Source: a virus (Duplodnaviria; Caudoviricetes). Taken from it: a stretch of 56,319 bases of DNA. This document shows positions 45,363 through 54,346 of this stretch, piece by piece (the first letter of the stretch is position 1; every line of letters starts with the position of its first letter). A program made the translations under genes and the position numbers. The stretch covers positions 1 through 56,319 of the IMG/VR virus record IMGVR_UViG_3300032290_000174; one strand, written 5' to 3'. Below the pieces are notes generated by a model. The model made no database searches. It saw only the letters and a list, made by a program, of their open reading frames with translations, and was not told where the DNA came from.

Positions 45363-46439
45363 ATGAGCATATTAGATAAAATTAAAAAGAATTCTACAAT
45401 TAAGAATTCAGACATTCTTTCCCAATCAAAATTCTTCACAAAGAAGGATATGATTCCAACTACAGTGCCAGTTATTAATGTGGCATTGTCAGGTCGTTTA
45501 GATGGTGGACTTACCCCAGGAGTTACAATGTGGGCTGGTCCATCAAAACATTTTAAAACTGCTTTCAGTTTACTGATGGCAAAATCTTACATGGACAAAT
45601 ATGAAGATGCTGCTTTGTTATTTTATGATTCAGAGTTTGGCACTCCTCAGTCTTACTTTGATAGTTTTGGTATCGACACAAATAGAGTTATTCACACCCC
45701 TCTCACTAATGTTGAGGAATTAAAATTTGATATTATGAAACAGCTCGAGGGTGTTGAGCGTGGCGACCACTTGATTATTGTTATTGATTCGATTGGTAAC
45801 TTGGCTTCTAAGAAAGAAGTTGAGGATGCACTTGAAGGTAAATCTGTTGCTGACATGAGTCGAGCAAAACAGATGAAGAGTTTGTTCCGTATGATTACAC
45901 CACACTTGAATCTAAAGGATATTCCTTTGGTTGTTGTCAATCACACTTATATGGAAATTGGTATGTTCCCGAAAGCCATCGTTGGCGGTGGAACAGGTTC
46001 TTACTATTCAGCTGACAATATTTTTATTATTGGTCGTCAGCAAGAGAAAGAAGGAACTGAAGTTGTTGGATATAATTTTATTATCAATGTAGAGAAGTCA
46101 AGATATGTTAAAGAAAAATCTAAAATACCTGTTACTGTATCTCATGATGGTGGTATCAGTCGTTGGTCTGGTCTACTTGACATTGCTCTTGAGTCAGGAC
46201 ATGTTATCAAACCAAGTAATGGTTGGTATCAAAAGGTAGATAAAGAATCGGGTGAGATTGATGATAAGAAATATCGCATTAGAGATACAGATACAAAGGA
46301 TTTCTGGATGCCAATTTTAATGCAAAAATCTTTTGTTAGTTTTGTGAAAAACAAATATCAAGTTGCTACCACCGATATTCTTAATATGAAAGATGAGGAT
46401 ATTGACAAAGAACTTGCAGAATTAGATGACGAAGAATGA
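45363..46439 (+). CDS. uvsX: RecA-like recombinase UvsX
   Basis: AGPSKHFKT, FYDSEFG, IDSIGNLASKKE, VNHTY, GGTG.YYSAD. Confidence 0.97.
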   Translation: MSILDKIKKNSTIKNSDILSQSKFFTKKDMIPTTVPVINVALSGRLDGGLTPGVTMWAGPSKHFKTAFSLLMAKSYMDKYEDAALLFYDSEFGTPQSYFDSFGIDTNRVIHTPLTNVEELKFDIMKQLEGVERGDHLIIVIDSIGNLASKKEVEDALEGKSVADMSRAKQMKSLFRMITPHLNLKDIPLVVVNHTYMEIGMFPKAIVGGGTGSYYSADNIFIIGRQQEKEGTEVVGYNFIINVEKSRYVKEKSKIPVTVSHDGGISRWSGLLDIALESGHVIKPSNGWYQKVDKESGEIDDKKYRIRDTDTKDFWMPILMQKSFVSFVKNKYQVATTDILNMKDEDIDKELAELDDEE

Positions 46440-46759
46440 ATGTAAGACCACATAAAACTCTAGAGAAAGATGGCGTCGTTGCGATGCAATTGACAGAGGG
46501 AGAGTTTTCAGGTATAATATTCTCATATGGTAGAGTTTCCTTTGAAGAAAAACCTGAGGAAGATCGACTTAAAGTTAATTTTGATTATGAAGTACATAAT
46601 GACCATGGTAGAGAATACGACAAGGTTGCCTTTGAGAAAGAACTTGGAGATTTTCTAATAGAATTGGTTATCTATGGTGCCGATAAAAATAATTTAGTAT
46701 ACACAGGCGGAGTTGATGAGAATAGAGAAAACAATATTATCGAATCTGATTCACAATGA
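46436..46759 (+). CDS. Hypothetical protein at the T4 gp40 (head vertex chaperone) position
   Basis: Lies between uvsX and gp41 and overlaps both; similar size to gp40. Confidence 0.55.
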   Translation: MNVRPHKTLEKDGVVAMQLTEGEFSGIIFSYGRVSFEEKPEEDRLKVNFDYEVHNDHGREYDKVAFEKELGDFLIELVIYGADKNNLVYTGGVDENRENNIIESDSQ

Positions 46760-48104
46760 AGAATTCTGTCGTAAGGTAGTTCCATTTTTAAAGACTGAGT
46801 ATTTCTCTGATCGCAAAGAAGCAGTTATTGTATCAGAGTTAATTAAATTCTTTATTGATTATAACAAACCTGCCACGACAGAGATTCTGGCAATTCAAAT
46901 TGGCAATAGAACAGACTTAAATGATAAAGATATTCCTGAATTAGAAGTTTATATTAATGACTTAACAAGTAAAGAAACCAATGTAGATTGGCTTCTTGGT
47001 GAAACTGAGAAATTTTGTAGAGATAAGGCAGTTTATAATGCGATTTTACACTCGATTAAAATTATTGATGGCGGAGATAAGGTACACACCAAGGACTCAA
47101 TTCCTTCTATCCTTTCTGACGCTCTTGCCGTTTCTTTTGATAACCATGTTGGTCATGATTATATTGAAGATTACGACGATCGCTATGACTTTTATCACAG
47201 GGTTGAAGAAAAGATTCCTTTTGACTTGGATATGTTTAACAAAATCACTAAAGGTGGACTCTCAAAGAAAACTTTGAATGTAGTTTTGGCTGGCACTGGT
47301 GTTGGTAAATCATTGTTTATGTGTCATGTGGCAGCATCAACATTAATGCAAGGTAAGAATGTTCTCTATATTACTATGGAGATGGCTGAGGAAAGAATCG
47401 CTGAGCGTATCGATGCTAACTTAATGAACATTGGTATGGACGAACTGAAGATAATCGACAAAGATTTATACTCAAGTCGTTTCAGTAAGGTGTCTAAAAA
47501 GACTCAGGGAAAACTAATTATTAAAGAATATCCAACTGCTGGTGCTCACGCTGGGCACTTCAAAGCATTGATGGAAGAATTGAAACAAAAGAAAAAGTTT
47601 GTTCCAGACATGGTTGTCATTGACTACTTGAATATCTGTTCTTCTTCTAGAATGAAGCAGGGAGCGAATGTAAATTCTTATACATATATTAAGAGCATCG
47701 CAGAAGAGTTGAGGGGATTGGCAGTTGAGTATGCAGTTCCTATCTTATCAGCTACACAAACAACTCGATCGGGATTCTCTAACACAGATGTAGAACTAAC
47801 GGACACTTCTGAATCGTTTGGTTTACCAGCAACAGTTGACTTTATGTTTGCTTTGATTTCTTCAGAAGAACTTGAAGCATTGAATCAACTATTAGTGAAA
47901 CAATTGAAGAATCGTTATGGCGATCCTGCATATTACAAAAAGTTTGTTATTGGGGTTGATCGTTCTAAGATGAAACTGTATAATCTTGAAGCACAGGCTC
48001 AGCAAAATATTTCTGAATCTGGTCAAGATACTGGACCAGTTTTTGATAAGAGCGATTTTGGTAAACGAGTTAAAGCAGAAGAATTTGAAGGATTTAAGTT
48101 TTAG
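46716..48104 (+). CDS. gp41: Replicative helicase gp41
   Basis: LAGTGVGKSL, TMEMAEE.IAERIDAN, IDYLNI, SATQTTR, SESFGLP, KQLKNRY. Confidence 0.97.
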   Translation: MRIEKTILSNLIHNEEFCRKVVPFLKTEYFSDRKEAVIVSELIKFFIDYNKPATTEILAIQIGNRTDLNDKDIPELEVYINDLTSKETNVDWLLGETEKFCRDKAVYNAILHSIKIIDGGDKVHTKDSIPSILSDALAVSFDNHVGHDYIEDYDDRYDFYHRVEEKIPFDLDMFNKITKGGLSKKTLNVVLAGTGVGKSLFMCHVAASTLMQGKNVLYITMEMAEERIAERIDANLMNIGMDELKIIDKDLYSSRFSKVSKKTQGKLIIKEYPTAGAHAGHFKALMEELKQKKKFVPDMVVIDYLNICSSSRMKQGANVNSYTYIKSIAEELRGLAVEYAVPILSATQTTRSGFSNTDVELTDTSESFGLPATVDFMFALISSEELEALNQLLVKQLKNRYGDPAYYKKFVIGVDRSKMKLYNLEAQAQQNISESGQDTGPVFDKSDFGKRVKAEEFEGFKF

Positions 48105-48112
48105 GAGAAAGT

Positions 48113-49435
48113 ATGGTAAAGACAATTGTGGCAGATAGAAAATATGACTGCACAGATTTGGTGGGGAAGTTTCTAGATGAGAGACATTATGATGTTTTGG
48201 TTGAAGAAGACTGCGATGTTTATATGCCACTTCCCCCAGGAACTGAAGAAGTTTATGGAGAAGACAGGATCGTTTTTAAATTCCGTAAAAACTTTTTCTC
48301 GCAAGAAGAACAGCAAATGGCTTATCAAGGATTACGCGAAGCAGCAACCCGAACGGAAAACAGGGGTATTGCGTCGGGCATCAAAGAAGGTGTAATCGCA
48401 ACTGACGAGGGTCGTGAGTGGGTTACCAATTATCAGGATGAAATGACATCTGCATTAATTGCCAATAGAAATGCTTCACTTGATGAGACGGATGTTATTG
48501 ATTCTATTCGTGCCAAGTATCCAACACTTGAAGACAAAAAGCGTGCTGGTGGTGCAGGTAAAAATAATGTATGGGTAATCTCTAGATATCGTGGTGGTAA
48601 ATTTGACTTTGAGGCATGGTTAGATTCTATTAAGCCATTAAATCGCGAAGAGCGAGCAAAGTCCACTGAAGAAGTTATGACCATGATGAGTTTAACTACC
48701 TATGGTACTGCTGTTAATTCAGGTATCGCTGGTTGGTTTGATAGATATCCTCGTATTCCTTATGGTCGTGCCACTTCTTATACTGCTAATAGTTTTGATA
48801 AGTTTAAGATGTCTTATCCATTCCTACAACACTTGGCTAAAGGTTTCAAAGATTTGCTACCTTGGCGTTATAATAACCAAATGGAAGCAGCAAGTAAAGT
48901 AGATCCAGCATTCTTGGTTCCAGAAACTCCCTTCACAACTATCACTGTGAATAAAACATTTAGAACTGCAGCACACTATGATGCTGGTGATTTGAACACT
49001 GGTTTATCCAATCTATTGACATTATCAAATGATGGTAACTACACAGGTGGATATTTGATTGCACCTGAATATCGTGTAGCAGTGAATGTTCGTCCAGGAG
49101 ATTTGCTTCTGATTAATAATCACGAAGTTATGCATGGTAACACTCCTATTGAATGTGCCGAAGGCTCTGAGCGTGTATCATTGGTAGTTTATTTCCGTGA
49201 GAAGATGCTTGAGTTGGGTTCTAAACAATATGAAGATTGTCGATATGACTATGTTGAATCTCGTAGACTAAATCCTGAGCATCCTGAACAAAGAAAACTA
49301 TGGAATGGTATTAGTCCAGGAATGTGGGAAGATAAAGAGTGGTATGATTATTGCGAAGCGAAACTTGGTCGCGAACAACTCTTGAAGTATCACCCAAATG
49401 CTGCAGCAACAACTCTTGATGAATTTTTTGGTTAA
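48113..49435 (+). CDS. TET/JBP-family 2OG-Fe(II) 5-methylpyrimidine dioxygenase
   Basis: PFTTITVNKTFRTAAHYDAGD (HxD), GGYL..PEY..AV..RPGDLLL, HGNT (distal His), RVSLVVYFRE (2OG-binding Arg). Confidence 0.88.
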   Translation: MVKTIVADRKYDCTDLVGKFLDERHYDVLVEEDCDVYMPLPPGTEEVYGEDRIVFKFRKNFFSQEEQQMAYQGLREAATRTENRGIASGIKEGVIATDEGREWVTNYQDEMTSALIANRNASLDETDVIDSIRAKYPTLEDKKRAGGAGKNNVWVISRYRGGKFDFEAWLDSIKPLNREERAKSTEEVMTMMSLTTYGTAVNSGIAGWFDRYPRIPYGRATSYTANSFDKFKMSYPFLQHLAKGFKDLLPWRYNNQMEAASKVDPAFLVPETPFTTITVNKTFRTAAHYDAGDLNTGLSNLLTLSNDGNYTGGYLIAPEYRVAVNVRPGDLLLINNHEVMHGNTPIECAEGSERVSLVVYFREKMLELGSKQYEDCRYDYVESRRLNPEHPEQRKLWNGISPGMWEDKEWYDYCEAKLGREQLLKYHPNAAATTLDEFFG

Positions 49436-49444
49436 GGAAATGCT

Positions 49445-50794
49445 ATGAAAATTATGATGGTAATGCACACCTTCAATAACTTTGGAGGTATTATCAACCA
49501 CTGTGAACATCTCATGGCTGGTCTAAAAGAAATCGGTCATGAGGTAACATTTGCTTACCTTAAACCAGCCAAAACTTTGAAGCAACCTGACATGACTGCA
49601 CCATTGAAGGATGGTTATGAGATTGGTGTTGGCTCAGGTTATCCTGTTCATCAAGGCGATGGTTGGATTGCTCCATATTATTCTTATTTGATTAAAGAAT
49701 CTATTGATAAGTTTATTGCCGATGCTAATCAACACGACATCGTTATTTGGCAATCAATCTTTGGGTTTAAAAACAAAGACACAGAACAAAATCTTGACTG
49801 GCTTCCAATGGTTGAGAAGATTACAGCGAAACAAGTTCCAATTATTCACGATGCTAATCTAAAGAAACTCTATCCTTGGATTCAGTTATTTGAGAAACAC
49901 TTTTCTGGTTTGGCTTGCGTTCATCCAGCAGCATATGACTCGGCTGACTTTATGAATGTTCCTCGTGCTTTAATTCTGAATCCTCAAGATATCGCTGGTG
50001 TTCCAGAAACTCCACCCTTTGCTCAGCGTGAAAACAAGTTACTTTCTATCCAAACATTCAAACGCTGGAAGCGTGTTGATGATTTGATTCGTGCAGTTCC
50101 CTATATGAAGTCAGTGAAAACCCTAGTCGGTGGTTATGGAATTGAAGCAGCATACATGATGTCAAAGGACAAGTGTAAAGAAGAATATTATGCCACAAAG
50201 GACTATGATCCAGATGTAAGCGAAGATAGATTGGGCAAGCGTATTTGGGAAAATGCCGAGAACTCAGGTAACTTTGAATACCTTGGATTTATCTCAGGTG
50301 CAAAGCGTGATGAAATCCTTGCAACTTCTAAGTTTTTGGTCGATCCATCTTGGTCTAATACCTTTGGTGAGCATTTCAACAGGGTTGTTATTGACGCAAT
50401 GCGTATCGGCACAGTTCCCATTGCTATTAACTATGGGGTATCCAACAATGAAGAGGGTATGGGTGTAGTTTTGAAGGCTGGAATTAACTATTGCATGATC
50501 AAAAAGTCCTCCACCCCAAAACAATATGGCGAAGCGATCACTAACTTTTGTAACATGTCAGAAGCTGACTACAGACAGATTCAGCTAAATAACTATGAAC
50601 TCATTAAACAGTTTGACCGAAAGGTAATCGCCCAGCACTATGTTGATTTGGCGAACCAAAAGCCAACTGGCTATTTAACTGAGTTGAAGACTAAAACTAA
50701 CCACGATCCATCAATCCCAAGCAAAGCACAGGAGATGTTTGATGAACATTTTGAGTCCAAGCAAGCAGTCGATTTGGAATCACTATTTGGGTGA
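49445..50794 (+). CDS. GT-B fold glycosyltransferase, probable DNA glycosyltransferase
   Basis: N-terminal MKIMMV..FGGI..H...L..GL...GHEV; KRWKRVDDLIRA; YLGFI; PSW..TFGEHF..V.IDAM..G.VPI; adjacent to the TET gene. Confidence 0.85.
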   Translation: MKIMMVMHTFNNFGGIINHCEHLMAGLKEIGHEVTFAYLKPAKTLKQPDMTAPLKDGYEIGVGSGYPVHQGDGWIAPYYSYLIKESIDKFIADANQHDIVIWQSIFGFKNKDTEQNLDWLPMVEKITAKQVPIIHDANLKKLYPWIQLFEKHFSGLACVHPAAYDSADFMNVPRALILNPQDIAGVPETPPFAQRENKLLSIQTFKRWKRVDDLIRAVPYMKSVKTLVGGYGIEAAYMMSKDKCKEEYYATKDYDPDVSEDRLGKRIWENAENSGNFEYLGFISGAKRDEILATSKFLVDPSWSNTFGEHFNRVVIDAMRIGTVPIAINYGVSNNEEGMGVVLKAGINYCMIKKSSTPKQYGEAITNFCNMSEADYRQIQLNNYELIKQFDRKVIAQHYVDLANQKPTGYLTELKTKTNHDPSIPSKAQEMFDEHFESKQAVDLESLFG

Positions 50795-50797
50795 TGT

Positions 50798-51481
50798 ATG
50801 AAATTCATTCAAAGTTTAAACATTGATTTTGTAGATATGTTGAACTTTGAGGAGCGTCCGTTCAGGGCAAAATTTGTACCAGCAAAAGTCTTTTCCGATC
50901 TAGACAAATACAGAAACAATCCAACTGGTCTAAAGAACTACTTTAAAAAGTGGAGATTCTCAATCAATTATAAGCCAGAGAAGAAACTTGGTAATAATAT
51001 TGCAGTTGGAGGTTGGTACACAATAGATAAGAATACCTCTGAGTTGGACATATATGATGATTTAAAGTTTAAGAACTTTGACTTTACCGATAACAATTGG
51101 CATCGGTTTAAGTATCGTTGTATTCAAGTCGCAATGCATGAACTGATCCACTGCAGACAGTACATGGGTAAACATGAAGATTTCTCAGCCAGCAAAGTAA
51201 AATATAAGCGTACTGGTAAAAAGCGTATAGACGACAACAGAGAATACCATGCTGGTCGTGATGAGATAGAAGCATATGCTCATTGCATCTTTCTAGACTT
51301 CAAAATGAAGCGACCAACGATGTCTGTGGCAGAGATTCTAAGAAAACCAAACGCCAAAAACTACTCCAAAAACCTCTCTGGAATCCAACGAGTTTACAAG
51401 GATGACAAACGAAATGAGGTAATCCCACTCCTATTCAGGAAAATATTAACATGGGAACGCAAGTATAATAACTATAAATAA
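50798..51481 (+). CDS. HExxH zincin-like hypothetical protein
   Basis: MHELIHCRQY followed by EIEAYA (candidate third ligand Glu). Confidence 0.65.
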   Translation: MKFIQSLNIDFVDMLNFEERPFRAKFVPAKVFSDLDKYRNNPTGLKNYFKKWRFSINYKPEKKLGNNIAVGGWYTIDKNTSELDIYDDLKFKNFDFTDNNWHRFKYRCIQVAMHELIHCRQYMGKHEDFSASKVKYKRTGKKRIDDNREYHAGRDEIEAYAHCIFLDFKMKRPTMSVAEILRKPNAKNYSKNLSGIQRVYKDDKRNEVIPLLFRKILTWERKYNNYK

Positions 51482-51525
51482 GTTAGTCTAATATACTTGC
51501 TATTAATTTGATTTGCAAGTATAAT
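51473..51525 (+). promoter_or_regulatory. Tandem late (TATAAATA 51473-51480) and sigma70 (TTGCTA-17-TATAAT 51497-51525) promoters
   Basis: Both motifs read directly upstream of ORF 51555. Confidence 0.75.
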
Positions 51526-51554
51526 AAAGTTATTACATTTGTGGATGGAAACCT

Positions 51555-52916
51555 ATGTTAAAGTTCAAAGACTTCCTCAAGGAAGAATTTCTAGTAGAAG
51601 ATACAGCTGGTAAAGATACCCAAGCAGACGACAAGGGTAAGCTGTTCGAAATCATTAAAGCTGGGTACATGCATCCTGACACAAAGGGTGGATGGCATCA
51701 AGATCCAGAGCATCCAGACTTCCACTTACCATCTCACCACAGATCTGAGTCAGAAAATCCTGACCACGCTGGAACTCCCCAACAAGTACACGATAAACTT
51801 CGTAAGAAAGTTGGAGAAGCTGCGTATCAAGAAATCAATAAACATGCATATGAAATGCATCTTGAGCAGAAAAAAGTTATAGAAAAGAAATATCCATCAA
51901 GCGAAGGATTTGTCCATGGCAATAGTTACTGGACATCAAACCCTGACAAAGTAAATAAAAAGGGTGAGAAGATTAGTGGCGACCATGAAAAAACAACAGG
52001 AATACATGACCCTAATGCTAAGGGCGATAGTATGACTGAGATTCACAAACTTGATAAAGATGGAAAGAAAATTCTCGACGAAGATGGTAAACCAAAAGTG
52101 TTTGGTCATGTTGCTTGGTCAGACAAATATGGATATACAGCAAAAGCAAATCTAGCCAATATGGGGTTAGATACAATGGAGCAACATGCTGGATTAGAAA
52201 GTGGTTCGCTCGATAAACATCAACAAGAACATAAAAAGAAAATGGATGAACTTGGTTACACGGGTTCGGCTGACACAAGAAATATTCAAACCAAGATTGA
52301 TGAGATGGGTGTTAATGATAGAGTTGATGCCAAAGGTAAGAAAATACTTGGAGCCAAATCTCTTCATAAAGAATTATCTGCCAAGCATAAAGAAAAGCCA
52401 TTAGAAGGCAAAGAAAAAACTATGCATGAACATCTAGGTATGTATCTAGATTATATAAACAATGCGGAGCATGGCACCCCACAACAAAACGAAATGCTTG
52501 CTAGACAAAGGGCACAACAAGCAAGAGAAAGTGCTGACGAAACTACAAAGAAAGTTACCAGCGATATTGCTGGTGGTCTAAAGAAAAAGTCTGATGCTGA
52601 ATTGCGGGAATTGATTAGTAAAGTTGCTTCTCCTGAAACAGTAACTGAACATTGGATTGCACACTCTCATGTTCAACCAGATGGAACAGCAGAACATCAT
52701 TTAATGCCAATGGCTGGTATGGGACAAAGACATACTGACAACTTTACTGACTTACATGTTTCGCATAGTGGGGCAAATAACATTGTTATTAAAGGTACAC
52801 CAAAAGAAGGTGGTAAACCTAAGAATGTTATGACTCTCGGTGCTAAGACTGGTTCTGGTGCGCATAAAGGTCGTGTTATGACAGCCAAGTTAGATAATCA
52901 TAAGTTTGAGGAGTAG
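51555..52916 (+). CDS. Probable internal head protein, possibly PD-(D/E)xK nuclease-like
   Basis: Leader MLKFKDFLKEE; K/H/E-rich; candidate motifs KGKLFE...KGDSM...WSDKYG. Confidence 0.5.
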   Translation: MLKFKDFLKEEFLVEDTAGKDTQADDKGKLFEIIKAGYMHPDTKGGWHQDPEHPDFHLPSHHRSESENPDHAGTPQQVHDKLRKKVGEAAYQEINKHAYEMHLEQKKVIEKKYPSSEGFVHGNSYWTSNPDKVNKKGEKISGDHEKTTGIHDPNAKGDSMTEIHKLDKDGKKILDEDGKPKVFGHVAWSDKYGYTAKANLANMGLDTMEQHAGLESGSLDKHQQEHKKKMDELGYTGSADTRNIQTKIDEMGVNDRVDAKGKKILGAKSLHKELSAKHKEKPLEGKEKTMHEHLGMYLDYINNAEHGTPQQNEMLARQRAQQARESADETTKKVTSDIAGGLKKKSDAELRELISKVASPETVTEHWIAHSHVQPDGTAEHHLMPMAGMGQRHTDNFTDLHVSHSGANNIVIKGTPKEGGKPKNVMTLGAKTGSGAHKGRVMTAKLDNHKFEE

Positions 52917-52917
52917 T

Positions 52918-54066
52918 ATGCTACAGTTTAAAGAATTCTTAAAAGAAGCAACCTCAGTTGATGATGAGATGTTGGGACATCTAACGCATACTAAAGATTT
53001 ACCGCACGAAGCTCCCGAACATACAAACACTGCAATAGAATTACTACAACAGTTTCATAATAAGAGAATGGGTAAGTCAAGTCCAGTCGGAGCATCGCTC
53101 AAGACGGATGGTGGTGCATCAGTTCATGTTATACACGATAACAAAGGTATTGGTATCTCTGACAAGCATAGAATGTCTAGAGGTGTTATCGCCAGAACTC
53201 CTGAAGAAATAGATACACACTTTGGTCATGCTCCAGAATATGCAGCATCACTAAAACATCTATTAAAACATGGCCATGAGTTTGTCAATAAAGGACACCA
53301 TGTTCAAGGAGATTTATTACACACTCCTGAAGCACCTGGAGAAAAGTCTGGTCAAACAACAAGCACAACTCCAAACAGAATTACCTATAAAGCAAAAACT
53401 AAAGCACCTCTTGGTATCGCTATTCACACTGAAATAACTAAAGGTGTTGCTCATGGTGTTTCTAAAGAAGCATTAAGTAAGAGTCCTAATGTGTTTGTTC
53501 CTGAGCATGAGTATAAGGCAGACCCTTCTACCTACTCAGATAAAGACAGAGAAGCAACACAAAAGCATATTGATGCTGCCAAATCTTTATTGAAAAAACA
53601 TACAACCGATCATCTTACACCTGAACATATAGATATTAAAAAGGGTGGACATTTTAATACATATTTGAATAGAACTACTCGTCGTGGTGAAACAGCTTCT
53701 ATCGAGGGATATAAGAAACATCTAAGTGATGAGGGTGAGAAGGCAGCAGGTAAACTAAAAACTGATGCTGGTAAACAAAAAACTAAAGCCAAATTTGAAT
53801 CACTACAATCTCATGTTGATGATAATGTGCAACACTTTGAGAGATCGCTACAGATTCGTCACCATTTAGGACAAGCAACCGAGCATGTATTGAAAGGTGT
53901 TGAACATCCAGATATGGAAACATCTATCGATGGTAAGAAATCTCAAGGAGAAGGCATCGTTCTTCAACAGAAAGATTCAACAGGAAAAATGAGACCTGCT
54001 ACTAAATTAGTTCCTGTTAAAGTTTCAAATTCAATTTTAAATAACCCAAGATTTGCGACAAAATAA
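52918..54066 (+). CDS. Ligase-like nucleotidyltransferase-fold protein (DUF6267-like) with capsid-targeting leader
   Basis: Leader MLQFKEFLKEA; LKTDGG (KxDG), VQGDLL, GEGIVL, TKLV. Confidence 0.65.
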   Translation: MLQFKEFLKEATSVDDEMLGHLTHTKDLPHEAPEHTNTAIELLQQFHNKRMGKSSPVGASLKTDGGASVHVIHDNKGIGISDKHRMSRGVIARTPEEIDTHFGHAPEYAASLKHLLKHGHEFVNKGHHVQGDLLHTPEAPGEKSGQTTSTTPNRITYKAKTKAPLGIAIHTEITKGVAHGVSKEALSKSPNVFVPEHEYKADPSTYSDKDREATQKHIDAAKSLLKKHTTDHLTPEHIDIKKGGHFNTYLNRTTRRGETASIEGYKKHLSDEGEKAAGKLKTDAGKQKTKAKFESLQSHVDDNVQHFERSLQIRHHLGQATEHVLKGVEHPDMETSIDGKKSQGEGIVLQQKDSTGKMRPATKLVPVKVSNSILNNPRFATK

Positions 54067-54067
54067 A

Positions 54068-54346
54068 ATGCTAACATTCAAAGAATATCTAGAAGAAGCT
54101 ACCTATAAAGGTAAGACTGTTCCACTCAATAAACCAATGGCTGGTGATGTTAAGAAATCCAAAGTGTTTGTTGATCCAGACGGAGATGGTAAAGCAAAGA
54201 AGGTAAACTTCGGCGATAAGACATTAAGTATTAAAAAACATATTCCTGCCAGAAAGAAATCATATTGTGCTCGTTCGGGTGGTCAGGGTAATTTAACAGA
54301 CAAATCTTCTGCCAACTATTGGTCGAGAAGAGCATGGGATTGCTAA
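54068..54346 (+). CDS. Small basic protein with capsid-targeting leader
   Basis: Leader MLTFKEYLEEA; KKVNFGD, RKKSYCARS, SANYWSRRAW. Confidence 0.7.
   Translation: MLTFKEYLEEATYKGKTVPLNKPMAGDVKKSKVFVDPDGDGKAKKVNFGDKTLSIKKHIPARKKSYCARSGGQGNLTDKSSANYWSRRAWDC

Noticed and set aside
42278-48104. Introns, inteins or homing endonucleases in gp43, uvsX, gp41 (also gp17)
   Set aside because: ORFs are uninterrupted and of normal length; no intein termini or LAGLIDADG/HNH/GIY-YIG motifs seen.
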